A DNA stretch of 36,019 nt from Octopus bimaculoides (lineage: Eukaryota). The position numbers and the translations under genes are program-made. Location: contig NC_068994.1 in assembly GCF_001194135.2 (NCBI RefSeq), forward strand, positions 24,657,595 through 24,693,613, read 5' to 3'. This document shows positions 10,340 to 21,426 of this stretch, piece by piece; position 1 is the first letter of the stretch, and every line of letters begins with the position of its first letter. The notes below the pieces were generated by a model that was given only the letters and a program-made list of their open reading frames with translations, was not told where the DNA came from and made no database searches.

Positions 10340-12070
10340 GCATAGCTTGCTATTTCCCAACTATTAATCCCATTCTTCTAAATAAGGCTTTAATTTATGT
10401 TATGTGTTCGAATTTGTCTAGATCAGAGATAGAAATTATATTAGCCATGTAAGGAAGTATGATAGATTTCGATGGGAAACTTTGGAGTAAATCATATAGG
10501 GTAGATTCCTTTAATATGGCAATGGGATCTAGCAACTCAGCACAAGTCATGGATCTAGCCAGAGTATACATCCTATCTCAAATCGAATCTTGGTTTCCTA
10601 AGAGGGGGGTTGGTCTGTAGAGGGACAATGATCTGTTCATACTAGGTCGATGCAGTAAAGTAGAAACGCAGAGAAACAGAAAAGTACTTCTCAATTTTTT
10701 CAAAAATTTTGGGTTATCTATTACCATTGAAAATAATCACCAAAAGGTAAATTTTCTAGATGCAACTTTAGTTTGGATTCAGGATTATTTGAGCCTTTCC
10801 ACAAACCAAATGAGAATCTAAGGTACATTAGCATATCTAATAGAATATCAAGGCTATTTGTGAATGAAGCAATTTTTAATGCACATGCACTGCTTTTTTA
10901 ATGTTGCATTGGTTAAGGCCAGATATACTGAAAAAAGTATGTGTACAAGAATAACATAGTTAATTCTAGTAGCTACAAGATTAAGTGAACTAAATCCCAC
11001 ATATGGACACGCAACTGTAAACATAGTATCCAGGGAGAAAGTCAGAATAAACAATGAATTAGAAATAAAAATACTAAAGATAAAATATGAAGGAACACCG
11101 AAAGAACACCGAAAGTAAGGAACACTGAAATATGAAGTTTAAACAGTGACACACATTAGTACCAATAGACTAAGCAAAAAATATAAGAAATCTGATGTTC
11201 TGTGGTACAACCCTATCTATGGATTACAAATATCATCTAAGATTGCTAAGGAATTCATTACCACATTGGATAAATATTTTCCAAAATCCAGTAGATACCA
11301 CAAGATTTTTAACTGGCACACAGTGAAGGCATCATATGCAAATTCTAGTAACCTAGAATACTATACGTAAAACTAATAAGAAATTAAACCAGAAGATAAA
11401 CAACACAGTTAGTGAGGGAACAATAAAAGATAAATTGTCATCTAAGGATTCTGATAATAACAAACAAACAAGTCAAGCAATTCCTAGTAATTACAATGAA
11501 ATTAATGGTATAAGCAAATACAGAGAAAATAACACTGACAGTTAATATAGTGAAAATTCAAATACTCATACTCATTACAGCAGCAATGAACTTAACAAAA
11601 ACCAGGGCTACATAATAAAAGAAAAAAATGATGGAAGAAATACTAGGAATGGAAGAAAAAGGCATAACATTAAAGTAAACAAAGTACTAAAGAACAATTG
11701 TACATACAGGAACAAAAGCACATGTCCTTTACAAAAGGATTATCATAACATAATATACGAATGCACAGTGAGTACAAGAGGAGGTGCATATGTGTATATA
11801 GGGACATCTGTAGATTTTTTCGAAAATCGATATTGCAACCATGTTGCCAGTTCCAGTTCAACTGACAAGAGGAATTAGCAGACCTAATATGGAGAATAAA
11901 AGAGGGTGGCCTAAAATATAGCATTACTTTATACATAATAAACAATGCACATTCATACAATACTTTTTCTAGAAATTGCCATTTGTGCTCAGAGAAATCC
12001 CTGTGCATCTTTTGAGTGAAGAGAACTTAATCAATGGATGCTCCAAAAGGATAAGATGCAGCCATAAACT
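10340..12070 (+). mobile_element. Penelope-like retroelement, near-complete degenerate RT plus GIY-YIG ORF
   Basis: RT fragments: SINPILLNKAL...FNMAMGSSNSAQVMDLA, GL.RDND (YRDD motif), FGLSITIENNHQKVNFLDATL, FEPFHKPNENLRYI. Thumb/linker: VLWYNPIYGLQISSKIAKEFITTLDKYFPKSSRYHKIFNWHTVKASY (11146-11370). Endonuclease: CPLQKDYHNIIYECTVSTRGGAYVYIGTSVDFFENRYCNH...LADLIWRIK...CHLCSEK (11722-12060). Confidence 0.9.
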
Positions 12071-12750
12071 TATAGATGTATAGATGTGTGTGTGTGNNNN
12101 NNNNNNGTATAGTATAGACACTGTGCCCTGGAACAGAGGCTGGCCTTGCTTCCAGAACAAATTCTTGAACTTCCCTCTATATTGGCTCACTCATGTCAAA
12201 CCTTGTAGGGGAAGCAGGCTTATAAGAATTATGCTTTGGCTGAATTCATGTTCTCTTGGAGTGTTGCAAAGGAAGGTGTTTACTTCTTCTGCTGAGAGCT
12301 CAAGGTTGCTGCTTCACTTTAAAAAAGTCTTTACAAAGACAATATTTAAAAGCAACAGTTTAAAAGGAATAGAAAAGCTGCTTTGTATGTGTGCAACCTT
12401 ATTATTCTTCTTATTAAACTACTGCTTTTAAATATTGTTTTTGTTAAGAATTTGTTCCTAAAAAATAACGGTTGATTATTTTACTGTTTTTCTAGTCTTT
12501 TTTTGTATTTTTCAAATCTCAGTCAAAATTGGTATTTCTTATTTGGTTCCCAAAGAAATGTTTGGTTACTGGGTTAAATAAATAAGTAAAGCATAATAAC
12601 TAAGTCTCTATCAACTTCCATTCTCTTTCTCTTTTTTTTAAATCTATTTTTGTAGGGTAGTTTATTTTCTAGGTTACTATGACAAGCTATGAGTAAGCTT
12701 TTTAGCAAAATAGCTTCAACACCTCTTTTTCTCTCTTGCTNNNNNNNNNN

Positions 12751-12783
<33 letters not shown>

Positions 12784-13349
12784 TTCACTTATCTTCTACA
12801 TCTGCACATACCTTATAAATCACATACATGCATAAACAAATACACACATAACATGGTACATATGCATACACTGACATGACTTCATCACATCTTTCTTATA
12901 TAACATAAACAGCTAACCAACACAGATGCTATATGTTAAATAGTTGCCAGAGATAGAAAATGGTGGCTCCTCCCTTTCCTATCATTAAATCATGCCATTC
13001 CCACACTAGCTTCTGTCAGTATGAATGTGAAGCTAATTATGTCATTTTACAATACTTCAGTCCAGTTGATTTGCGAAGATAATGAAAACAGCATAATAAA
13101 ACAATATGCTTTACTGTTCTTTGCTACAAGTGACCCCTTATTAAAGTCTATTATACAATTCTGGGAATGGGGTCAAGAATTGAATACCAGGAATAAATCT
13201 AACGAGATCTAACTTATCACTAATACACTGCTCCTAGCAATTGGCCCAATTTTTTAAATTTGAATATGTACAAGCAGTTAGAAGTATTTTGGTCTGTTAT
13301 ATTAACTTACCCCAGCCCCCAAGCTAGATTTTATTTGTGCCTTTAAAAG

Positions 13350-13500
13350 AAGGTAGCACGCAGACATGATAACTGGCCAGACTAAATGCACTACAGTGTT
13401 TAGTTTCATTTCTACATTCTGAATTCAAATCCTGTCAGAGATCATTCTAAAGTCAATAGAGATCATTGTACCAAGTCAGAGACTTATAGTAGAGTGTAAG
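13350..13500 (+). mobile_element. Degenerate tRNA-derived SINE fragment
   Basis: B-box-like TCTGAATTCAAATCC in a SINE-like context; heavily diverged. Confidence 0.4.
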
Positions 13501-15580
13501 CTTTAAAAAGAACCAACTCTACAACTTGTTTCAATCTCTGGATATAGTTTATATCATTTATATCAATCTTTTATGTTGCTGTTGCTAAAGTTTAGGAAAA
13601 AGCTTAAATGTTGCAATTTCTATTAGCTACTCTAAAAATAACTTCTGATATGTTATGATAGTGTTGTTATTGTTTAGCCCTAATCAACCCTAATTCTATG
13701 ATCAAAGGCATTCTAGCCATGACCATTTCAATTTTTTTCAAAGCATTGTTTACCTAGACAACATTATCCAAAGTGTTCTTTTTTAAAGATGGTAGGGTGC
13801 AATCTAAGAGAGATTTAGTTGCTTTTTCTAGCAAGTCAAGTGACCTCACAGAAGAAATTTCATTAGCTTATTCGTTATGATCCTGCAAAATTAGTTAAGA
13901 GGGTAAAAATGAATAATAATTTACTATTTAACTGATATGTATTTTATCTAAATTAGAAGATTGGGTCAGCTTGCACTTGTTTCAAAGGTTGCTGAAAATT
14001 TCGATTCTTTAACTTGGAATCATATATATTTAAAAACCTCAGAAAACTCATGATATTTTGCATCAGCAACAGTTAGCCCATAGATGAGCTTGTGGAAGAG
14101 CTTGGGCAAATTCAGCTGCCATTTAGAGTGAATAATGTGATGTTTCTAGTCTTTGCCCTCCGTCTGAACATGAGGCAAAGAGAGAAAGTTGAGTTATGTT
14201 TGGTTTGCTTATAATCAAAGAAATACTCTTATTTTCTTACTTCAATTGAACTTGCCCAAGCCCTCCTACAAACTCTCCCATAAATATCCTATGATTGCCT
14301 TTGAATGATAAATATTGATTTCTAGTTTTGTTTTAGAAAAAGTGAATATAATCAATTATTTTAACTCTAGATTCATAATCATCACTACCATCCACATCAT
14401 ACTTATTAACAGTTTAGCAATATTTATCTCACTTAGATGTGGATGTTCCGTTAGAACAAACTATGCTGCAGAGATACCATGAGACAAACTCCCATTTTTG
14501 CTTTTGGGAGCAAAATGCACTCTTGTTTATATTGTTAGCAGGGAAATAATTTTCTTTTGTTTATATCATTAGCAGGGAGATAAATACTGCCTCTGTCACT
14601 AATAAAACAGTTTAGCTTTTCTGGGTTTTTTTTCTAGTATTTATACTCTAGACTTGCATGCAACATAGCATCTCTCAGAAGTTGGATATTTCTTTGCCAG
14701 TTTACATCTCACTTTTCTTTTTTTTATTGATTTCACATTTTATAACAGACAACTACGATAGTCTTGTTGAATTCTAGAGATTATATTGAGGTGAATATCT
14801 GTCTAGAAGTTAGATATCACTTAGTGGGCTATGGAGTTTTCATCTCTAAGCATATCTTTCTGCTAAAAGGAAAATAAATAAAATGACTTCTCAGTAAAAT
14901 CAGCAAAATCTGAGTGAAAATGAAATGAGACAGTGTAACTTTCCCAAGAGTATTCCTGAAGTAAGTGAAGTGAATCCAATTGAATATCAAAATTAACTCT
15001 TTCACTAGATTTTGTATGCTTGAGCAGTGTCAATTTTGAACCATTAATTAATTAATAAATATGTCATTAACATTTATCAAGTACCACAAGAGCAAGCAAT
15101 AAGGAAAAGATTTCATTTTCTAACTGAAGTAATTTGACCTCTTTTACACTGTCCTTTAAAAAGTATTACATCTCAGCACTTCATTTAGTTTTAAACATGA
15201 ATAAAAGACATTGTATTGTATTCGTGTATCATTTGCTTATATAAGCATTAAATTTATGAGAGGAGTTTCTGTTTTTCTTGAATGTATTACTAATCTAAAA
15301 GAAGGAAACAGTTACAACTGACTATCACTTGAACTATTTTACTTTGTTTATTACTTTGTTTATTACTTTGTTTATTACTTGCACTTGAACATTTTTAGTT
15401 TAGTTAATGTTGTAAAGAAGGATAGGCTTACACAAAGATTGTAATGGTGATGCAAAAGCAAATTAACAATTCAGGAATGTTTTCATTCCAAAAGCTCATG
15501 GATAATGTAACATGACAAGTGTGATTTGGTGTAATCCTTTGAATTCAGCTCGTTTTTTTAGGGACTGTTTGGCATGTATG

Positions 15581-15583
<3 letters not shown>

Positions 15584-15626
<43 letters not shown>
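15584..15626. repeat. (TG)n microsatellite
   Basis: Direct tandem repeat. Confidence 0.9.
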
Positions 15627-15629
<3 letters not shown>

Positions 15630-15639
15630 ACATCAAACA

Positions 15640-15890
15640 CACATGAAATAAAACCCCTGAGATTTTATCCCATTGTGAAGTATCTTGAGCAAGTGTCACT
15701 TACCAGAGTCTCCAGTTGACTTGTGAAAGGAACTGTGCGATGGATTGATTTTGCATCTCAAAGGGCTTCCCTTGTCAAACACTATATTATGATGAGTGTG
15801 TCTGAAGATAACGTTAAGGGTATATATGTCTGTAGAATACTTAGTCACATGCTAATACATAGTTGTTCAGTTGATTGAGTTATTAGAATA
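15640..15890 (+). mobile_element. SINE body fragment related to 2190-2500
   Basis: CTTGAGCAAGTGTC CORE-like motif. Shared blocks TCAAAGG..C.C.TGTCA and GTCTGTAGAATACTTAGTCAC versus GCCTGTGGAATACTCAGTCAC at 2409-2429. Confidence 0.55.
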
Positions 15891-16379
15891 CCCATTATTG
15901 TAATTGAAGGTAGAAAGTAAGAGATTTGTTAGTGTTCTGCAACATGAAGATCAGATGTATGTATTCCAGATAGCAAAGCAGTATGTTAGTAGTATTCAAA
16001 ATACCATTGGTAAGAAGTGTATATATAATAATAGCAGTATGGAAATGCTATTAGAAGAGGTTACTGAATGAGGTGAATGCTTGAGAAAGAGAGGTACTAC
16101 CTGCTAGTAGATCCAAAGGAAAGTAACTGGACCATCAGGGATAGTTATTGAGATCAAATGCTGAAAATTCTAGGTGAAGTAAGACGTGCTAGTCATTTGT
16201 ATAATCGATCAAGAAGTAAGGTTACATGGCTTTCAGGTTACAAGCCAATCCTTGGCACCTAATTTTCTCAGTAACATCCAGACTATAGAGTGTTATACTC
16301 TGATACTCTGTCAAATACATTCTCCAGGTTTGCAAATGCTAAGACAGAAATTTACTCCTTAACCATGAACCCCTCCTCC

Positions 16380-16668
16380 TGCAGCTGCCCCACCTGGAAG
16401 AGGACATCAAGCCAAGCAAAATCACAGTTGTGGCAGATACTGGTGTCATGCAAATTGGCACTCATGCTGGTGTTACATAAACACACCCTGGTGTCAGGTA
16501 AAAGCACCCATTACACTTTCATAGTGGTTGGCATTAGGAAGGGCATCCAGCCATAGAATACCATGCCAAATCAGACTGGAGTCTGGTGCAGCCTTCCAGT
16601 GTGCCAGCCCAGTCAAACCATCCAACCCATGCCAGCATGGACAATAGACGTTAAATGATGATGATGAT
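16380..16668 (+). mobile_element. RTE-tail repeat copy ending in (GAT)n
   Basis: GGTTGGCATTAGGAAGGGCATCCAGC...CCAACCCATGCCAGCATGGACAATAGACGTTAAATGATGATGATGA, the same tail as 35-385. Confidence 0.85.
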
Positions 16669-17002
16669 TATTAGGATGATATGTATTTGGTCCTAATTAA
16701 CAGCTGATATTTCAATGTGACATTCACTAAGATTTTAACATAAAAAAATGTTAATTCCAAAATAGCAAATTAGCGAAAATTAAAACAGAGGACTTCATAT
16801 GTAGCAGACATGGGAGTAATTAGTATTAAAAGCACCCTTGAAAATAAATTCTTTAAATAGTCAGAAAGCTCCCTAGAAATAGATAACAGCTTTCATTAAT
16901 TAGGAAACCAAATTAGCAGTGACAAAGTGTGTCCTGGAAGTCAGAGAACAAATGAAATGAAGAAAACTGGGTATGTGTGGAAATCAGAAGTAGTGTGCAA
17001 TA

Positions 17003-17861
17003 CATGCTGGTATCAAGAGTTCTCACAGTCTAGTTATGTGAAATAAAAGATAACTTATTTACTTAAGTTTTAACATCATCTCCTTTGCACAGCAATACAC
17101 CAGTTCCAGTGTTCCTGCCACTTTTGAAATCCAGCCTAGAAGTCATTTTCTATAAGTGAGTCAAGGACTTTCTGCAATTCATTCATGATCTCAACATGGT
17201 GTTAAACTAATGACCTTTGAGCTGCATTTTCATCATGGGGAAGAGATGGAAATCCGCAGGTGCTAAATCTGGTGAATAGGGCAGGTGCGGAAGTGATACC
17301 ATGCTGTTTTTGGTGAGAAACTCACAAGTGAGGAGAGGTCAGTAACAGAGTACATTGTTATCATGAAGAAAATAATTCTTTGCACTCCACACATTTGGTC
17401 ACTTTTGCCAAATGATCTCCCTCAAATGCTTCAAAATGTTGCAGTAGAACTCCAAATGCACAATACTATGAATGTCGAAAAAACAATGAGCATGCTCTTG
17501 ATTGAGCTGTGGCTCTGTCATGCCTTTTGAAGTGCCTGTGCCGCTCAAAACACTGCATACAACCCATTGCCTCATAAACTTGCTGAAGCATGCTTAATGT
17601 CTCTGTAGCAGACTTCCTAAGTTTAATGCAAAATTTCACGTTGGCTCTTTGTTCCAATTTCCTGCCCATGACAAAAATCACAGACTACAGGATACACATG
17701 ATTATAAAAATACAAATTTCACATGTAAAGTAAACACAGTAATATCACTTGGCACACTGTCTCATGAAGGTCACTGGTAGCTCTCATTGCACATGCAACT
17801 GTGTGCTGCCATCTGTTAGCATGTTACAGAACTAGTTCGGGAACTTTTTGATACCACCTCA
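17003..17861 (-). mobile_element. mariner transposon, internally deleted, both TIRs present
   Basis: ~30 bp imperfect TIRs (GGTATCAA.AGTTC...CTAGTT) with TA at 17001-17002 and 17862-17863. N-terminus LEQRANVKFCIKLRKSATETLSML; C-terminus HLPYSPDLAPADFHLFPMMKMQLKG. Confidence 0.9.
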
Positions 17862-18769
17862 TAGATAAAGTTAAACTTGTACAAATATGTAATGTCAGTT
17901 GATTAAAGAAGTACCAACCAATCCAGGCAGAAGGAAACTTCAGAAAAGGAAGTACAGGGAAGACCTAGGAAAACGTGTGAAAGCTTATCACAAGAGGCTA
18001 AATTTCCAAAAGAAGGTGAGAAAGAATTGCAACAAGTAGTGGAGTCATGTCACAGAGAAGCCCATCAGACCTATGAAAACATAGTAAAACAGACATAAAA
18101 TTCACACACACACATGCACTTACAAAAAACACACATATATACATGCATACACAGTTATGAACATGCATAATTTTTGCACATACCAAAAAATCAAAAATAA
18201 AATTATTGTTTTTTTACTCATTAAAGTATTAATTCACAGATATTCATAAGCAATTTACATTTACACAGAACATTTCTTTGTTTCTTGTTATTGTTTAGCT
18301 AAAAAACATTTTTTCGCTGTCAAATTTCAAAATATCATTAAAAACCCACCTTCTGTTGAACCAAACACATTTATAAACTTTATTTTATAGACCTACAGTA
18401 TTTATAACATTTGTAATATTTTATATTTCCAGACTTAGAGAGATTTACTTTTTATATATGTTTTTGACCGCCTTGATTGCATGCAAAGGATGTTTCTTTT
18501 TTTTTTTATATAATTATTGACCTATTTATTTTTTATTTTTTGACCCCCTACCAACTTGCTCAAATCAGCAAAGCTGCCAAAGGGCTTAATCCGATTTTTT
18601 ATGCAATTTCTGAAATAAAAGTTTTTTTTGTAATCTTTACTTATTGTATTCGATAAAAAAATATTCAACGTAAATTGGATTAATAAATTTATTTATTCAT
18701 TATTATTTATTATTTAAAATACTTTCTGACATGGCTGTATATTACATAATACATAGGTACAGGTATTGT

Positions 18770-18910
18770 TGTGTGGTTAAGAAGTTTGCTTCACAACCAT
18801 GTGGTTCCAGGCTTAGTCTCACTGGACGGCACCTTGGGCAAGTGTCTACTACTATAGTCTTGGGGCAACCAAAGATTTGTGCATGGATTTGGCAAATGGA
18901 AACTGAAAGA
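18770..18910 (+). mobile_element. CORE-type tRNA SINE, 5' half, cut off by a PLE fragment
   Basis: Aligns to 32100-32245 (GTAAGAAGTTTG, CCTTGGGCAAGTGT, CCAAAG..TTGTG..TGGATTTGG, GAAACTGAAAGA) and then switches abruptly to PLE sequence. Confidence 0.8.
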
Positions 18911-18912
18911 GT

Positions 18913-19330
18913 CCAGGACAGTATTCAAGAGTAATACAACACTTCGCAAATATCTCCTTCAAGTAAAACCACCAATAGAAGAGAATATGACCAAAAACTG
19001 CATGTACTCCATCCTATGCAGCTGTGGTAGGTTATACAAAGGCGAAACATGCTGACCCTCAGAATAAGGGTAGGGGAACATTGCAAAGCTGTGACACGAG
19101 GAGATATTGATAAATCAGGTATAGCTGATCATGTATGAAAAATGGAGACCACCTCCTCCTGTGGGATGAAGTTAAAATAATAGACCGAGAACACCACTAG
19201 AAAATACGAAAACTCAAAGAAGCAGCACATATGCTAGGACAGAACAACTTCCTAATCAGACCAAGTGCAGATATGAATAGCATATAGGAACCGGTATTAA
19301 GGAAAGATAGGAGAATATTAGAATTATAAA
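18913..19330 (+). mobile_element. Penelope/Poseidon-like GIY-YIG endonuclease, degenerate 3' end of ORF
   Basis: RTVFKSNTTLRKYLLQVKPPIEENMTKNCMYSILCSCGRLYKGETC...RIRVGEHCKAVTRGDIDKSGIADHV*KNGDHLLLWDEVKIIDREHH*KIRKLKEAAHM, with stops and a frameshift. Confidence 0.85.
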
Positions 19331-19358
19331 CCCTAAAATTCACTCCATAATTGCCCAT

Positions 19359-19431
19359 GGGCATATGGCATAGTGGTTAAGAGCACGGGCTACTAAGCCC
19401 AAGATTCTGAGTTCGATTCCAGGCAGTGACC
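19359..19431 (+). pseudogene. tRNA-like unit with Pol III A and B boxes
   Basis: A box TGGCATAGTGG (19366-19376), anticodon-arm-like GGGC-TACTAA-GCCC, B box GAGTTCGATTCC (19409-19420), partial acceptor stem GGGCATA/AGTGACC. No CCA. Confidence 0.7.
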
Positions 19432-19483
19432 TGAATGATAATAATAATACCAACAACAACAACAACATTGAAATTTTCCCAAG

Positions 19484-19528
19484 ACACCTGATGAAGGCTG
19501 GAGGGTATATCAGCCAAAACTTTGTATT
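19484..19528 (+). ncRNA. Type I hammerhead-like motif (GAAA mutated to AAAA)
   Basis: ACAC-CUGAUGA (19488-19494)-A-GGCUG gaggguauau CAGCC-AAAAC-UUU-GUAUU: perfect 5 bp helix II, intact CUGAUGA, G12-to-A change. Confidence 0.6.
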
Positions 19529-20490
19529 AACAACAAACTAGATGAGGACAAATATCTGTCAAATGTAAATAATGTAACTATTGTACATAATTCCACATCT
19601 CTTAAATATAGAACTACAAAAATGACATTCTATTATGTCTATTTATTCCAAAAAAAAAGGGAGTATTATAAGAATATATACACATGCAAAGACTGTGTGC
19701 TACACAAATATATACTAGTAATACATAAAAGAGTAAAAGATTAAAATCTCAAAAAATCAGTTCCTTACAGCCAAGAGACCATGCTAGCTCCATCTCTTCA
19801 GTGTTCTGTAGGGATGGGTAGAGTTTGGATGTTGAGTGTGTCTCTAAGCTTCATCAGAGGGTCTAAATGTTTAGGAGAGCCGATACCAGAGTCAGTTACT
19901 AATAGGTACAATATATTTTTCTTATTGAAGAGGGCATAAGAAGAATAGGAACAAGACTTAGAGTGAGAGAAATAAAATTTAGTGAAATGGATTAAATATA
20001 GGAGAAAGAAGAGATTAGGTATAACAGAAATAAGCCATAGACTTCAAATGTTGCCTTCCAAGATTCATGTTATTTTGTCCAGTAGTGGATACGTAGGTAT
20101 ATTCGTTTTAAGGATGAGTTTTTTAGGAAGGGTAAATTTAGGCAGTGGTTCTTATTTTGTGCTTACAGTGGTGAGTTTGAAAGTATGGTCCGTTTTTCAG
20201 AGGTGGAAGTTTATATATAGGATGTCAGTTGGTACTAAACAGAATATGGCAACAGGTGGTGACCAAAGTATGGTGTTCGTTATTTTTTTGATCAACAAGT
20301 CCCTGAATCCTTGTGTGCAGTGATTATGGTCAGTCCTGCAACCTAATTGGTCATCTATTTTTTTGAAAACTATGATGCAGTTCCGGTTTATTGACAGTAC
20401 TTGGGTATTAATAATTGGGCACACTAACAGCAGTATATTGAATAGGTACTATCCCTTAGTTGGTTGACTTCCCAACTTCTAACTCTCATG

Positions 20491-20493
<3 letters not shown>

Positions 20494-20539
<46 letters not shown>
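20494..20539. repeat. (TA)n microsatellite
   Basis: Direct tandem repeat. Confidence 0.95.
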
Positions 20540-20540
<1 letters not shown>

Positions 20541-20542
<2 letters not shown>

Positions 20543-21405
20543 AGGTGCGATGGGTAAAGTGTCGCCATTTTAATTTTTTTTAATTTTGTGCATGCGCATT
20601 GTTTCTTTTTCATTTTGTCAACTACACTGTATAGGAGGGTTAGTTGGGCACCATCTGTGAGAAAGACAGCACCATGACACAATTCTCTCTGCCAGAAATT
20701 TGGAAATGACATGCTGTACTGTTTGGCATTCATGCTGGAATCTCCAATACGAATAGATGGTGAATACACTGAACAACTGTTGATTTGCCATATCCCCAAA
20801 ACATGTACCGAGAGTGATAAAGATCAAACATTTAGTCAACATCATGGTGTTTGGAGTGATTTCTAGTGATGACGACATTATGCCTCCATTCATCTTCCCA
20901 CACGGCCTCAGACTCAACACAGAGGCCTACATCAAGTTCCTGGAGAAAGTAGTGTTGCCCTGGGTCAAGCGGTGGCTGCTGGAACACCTTATGTCTGACA
21001 ACAGGACTCTGCAGCATGCCACACAAGAAGGAGAACCCAGTCATGGCTGTCAGACAATTTCTGCAACCACATCACCCCTAACATCTGGCCACCTAACTCC
21101 CCAGACTGCAACCCACTTCCTTATTATGTGTGGGGCACAGTTGAACAAGAGACCAACAAAACTTCTTGTAACATCAAAGATGAACTGAAGCTAAAGATCA
21201 GGGCAGCATTCACCAACTTAAAAAGGAGACCATCCAGAAGAGTCATCTGGAGGCCATGGTTGAAGCCAATGGCGATTTTATTGAATACATTTACTTGTTA
21301 GTATTCTAAGATATTTTAATGTAATTTTGGTAAATATATCTGTTAAAATGCGAAGTCAGTGTTATTTTCTTTTTTGCATAATTTAGATGACAGTTTATTC
21401 ACTTG
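20541..21405 (+). mobile_element. maT (DD37D) Tc1/mariner-superfamily element, internally deleted
   Basis: Left TIR CAAGGTGCGATGGGTAAAGTGTCGCC and a degenerate right TIR ending ACTTG-TA. Transposase fragments NIMVFGVISSDDDIMPPFIFPHGLRLNTEAYIKFLEKVVLPW and QQDSAACHT...IWPPNSPDCNPL[P]YYVWG, with 37 residues between the second D and the mutated third-D position. Confidence 0.88.
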
Positions 21406-21426
21406 TATGTATGTATGTATGTATGT

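Noticed and set aside
11967-12085. Possible host exon after TTTTTCTAG (KLPFVLREIPVHLLSEENLING...)
   Set aside because: Another frame gives the PLE GIY-YIG C-terminus (CHLCSEK), which explains the region.
12430-17000. Host gene exons or regulatory elements in the repeat-poor AT-rich stretch
   Set aside because: No recognisable protein motif or convincing splice-bounded ORF. RNA-seq or cross-species conservation would be needed.
17940-18085. RTE RT C-terminal remnant (GRPRKT)
   Set aside because: A single short motif that is too degenerate to call.
19359-19431. Functional tRNA gene
   Set aside because: The acceptor stem is mismatched, the anticodon loop is irregular, and it is embedded in a retroelement. 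It is treated as a tRNA-like repeat.
19740-20450. Possible further PLE fragment on the minus strand (FRDLLIKK, TTCCHIL; CUGAUGA near 19852-19858)
   Set aside because: Too decayed. There is no continuous motif and no GAAA partner for the CUGAUGA.
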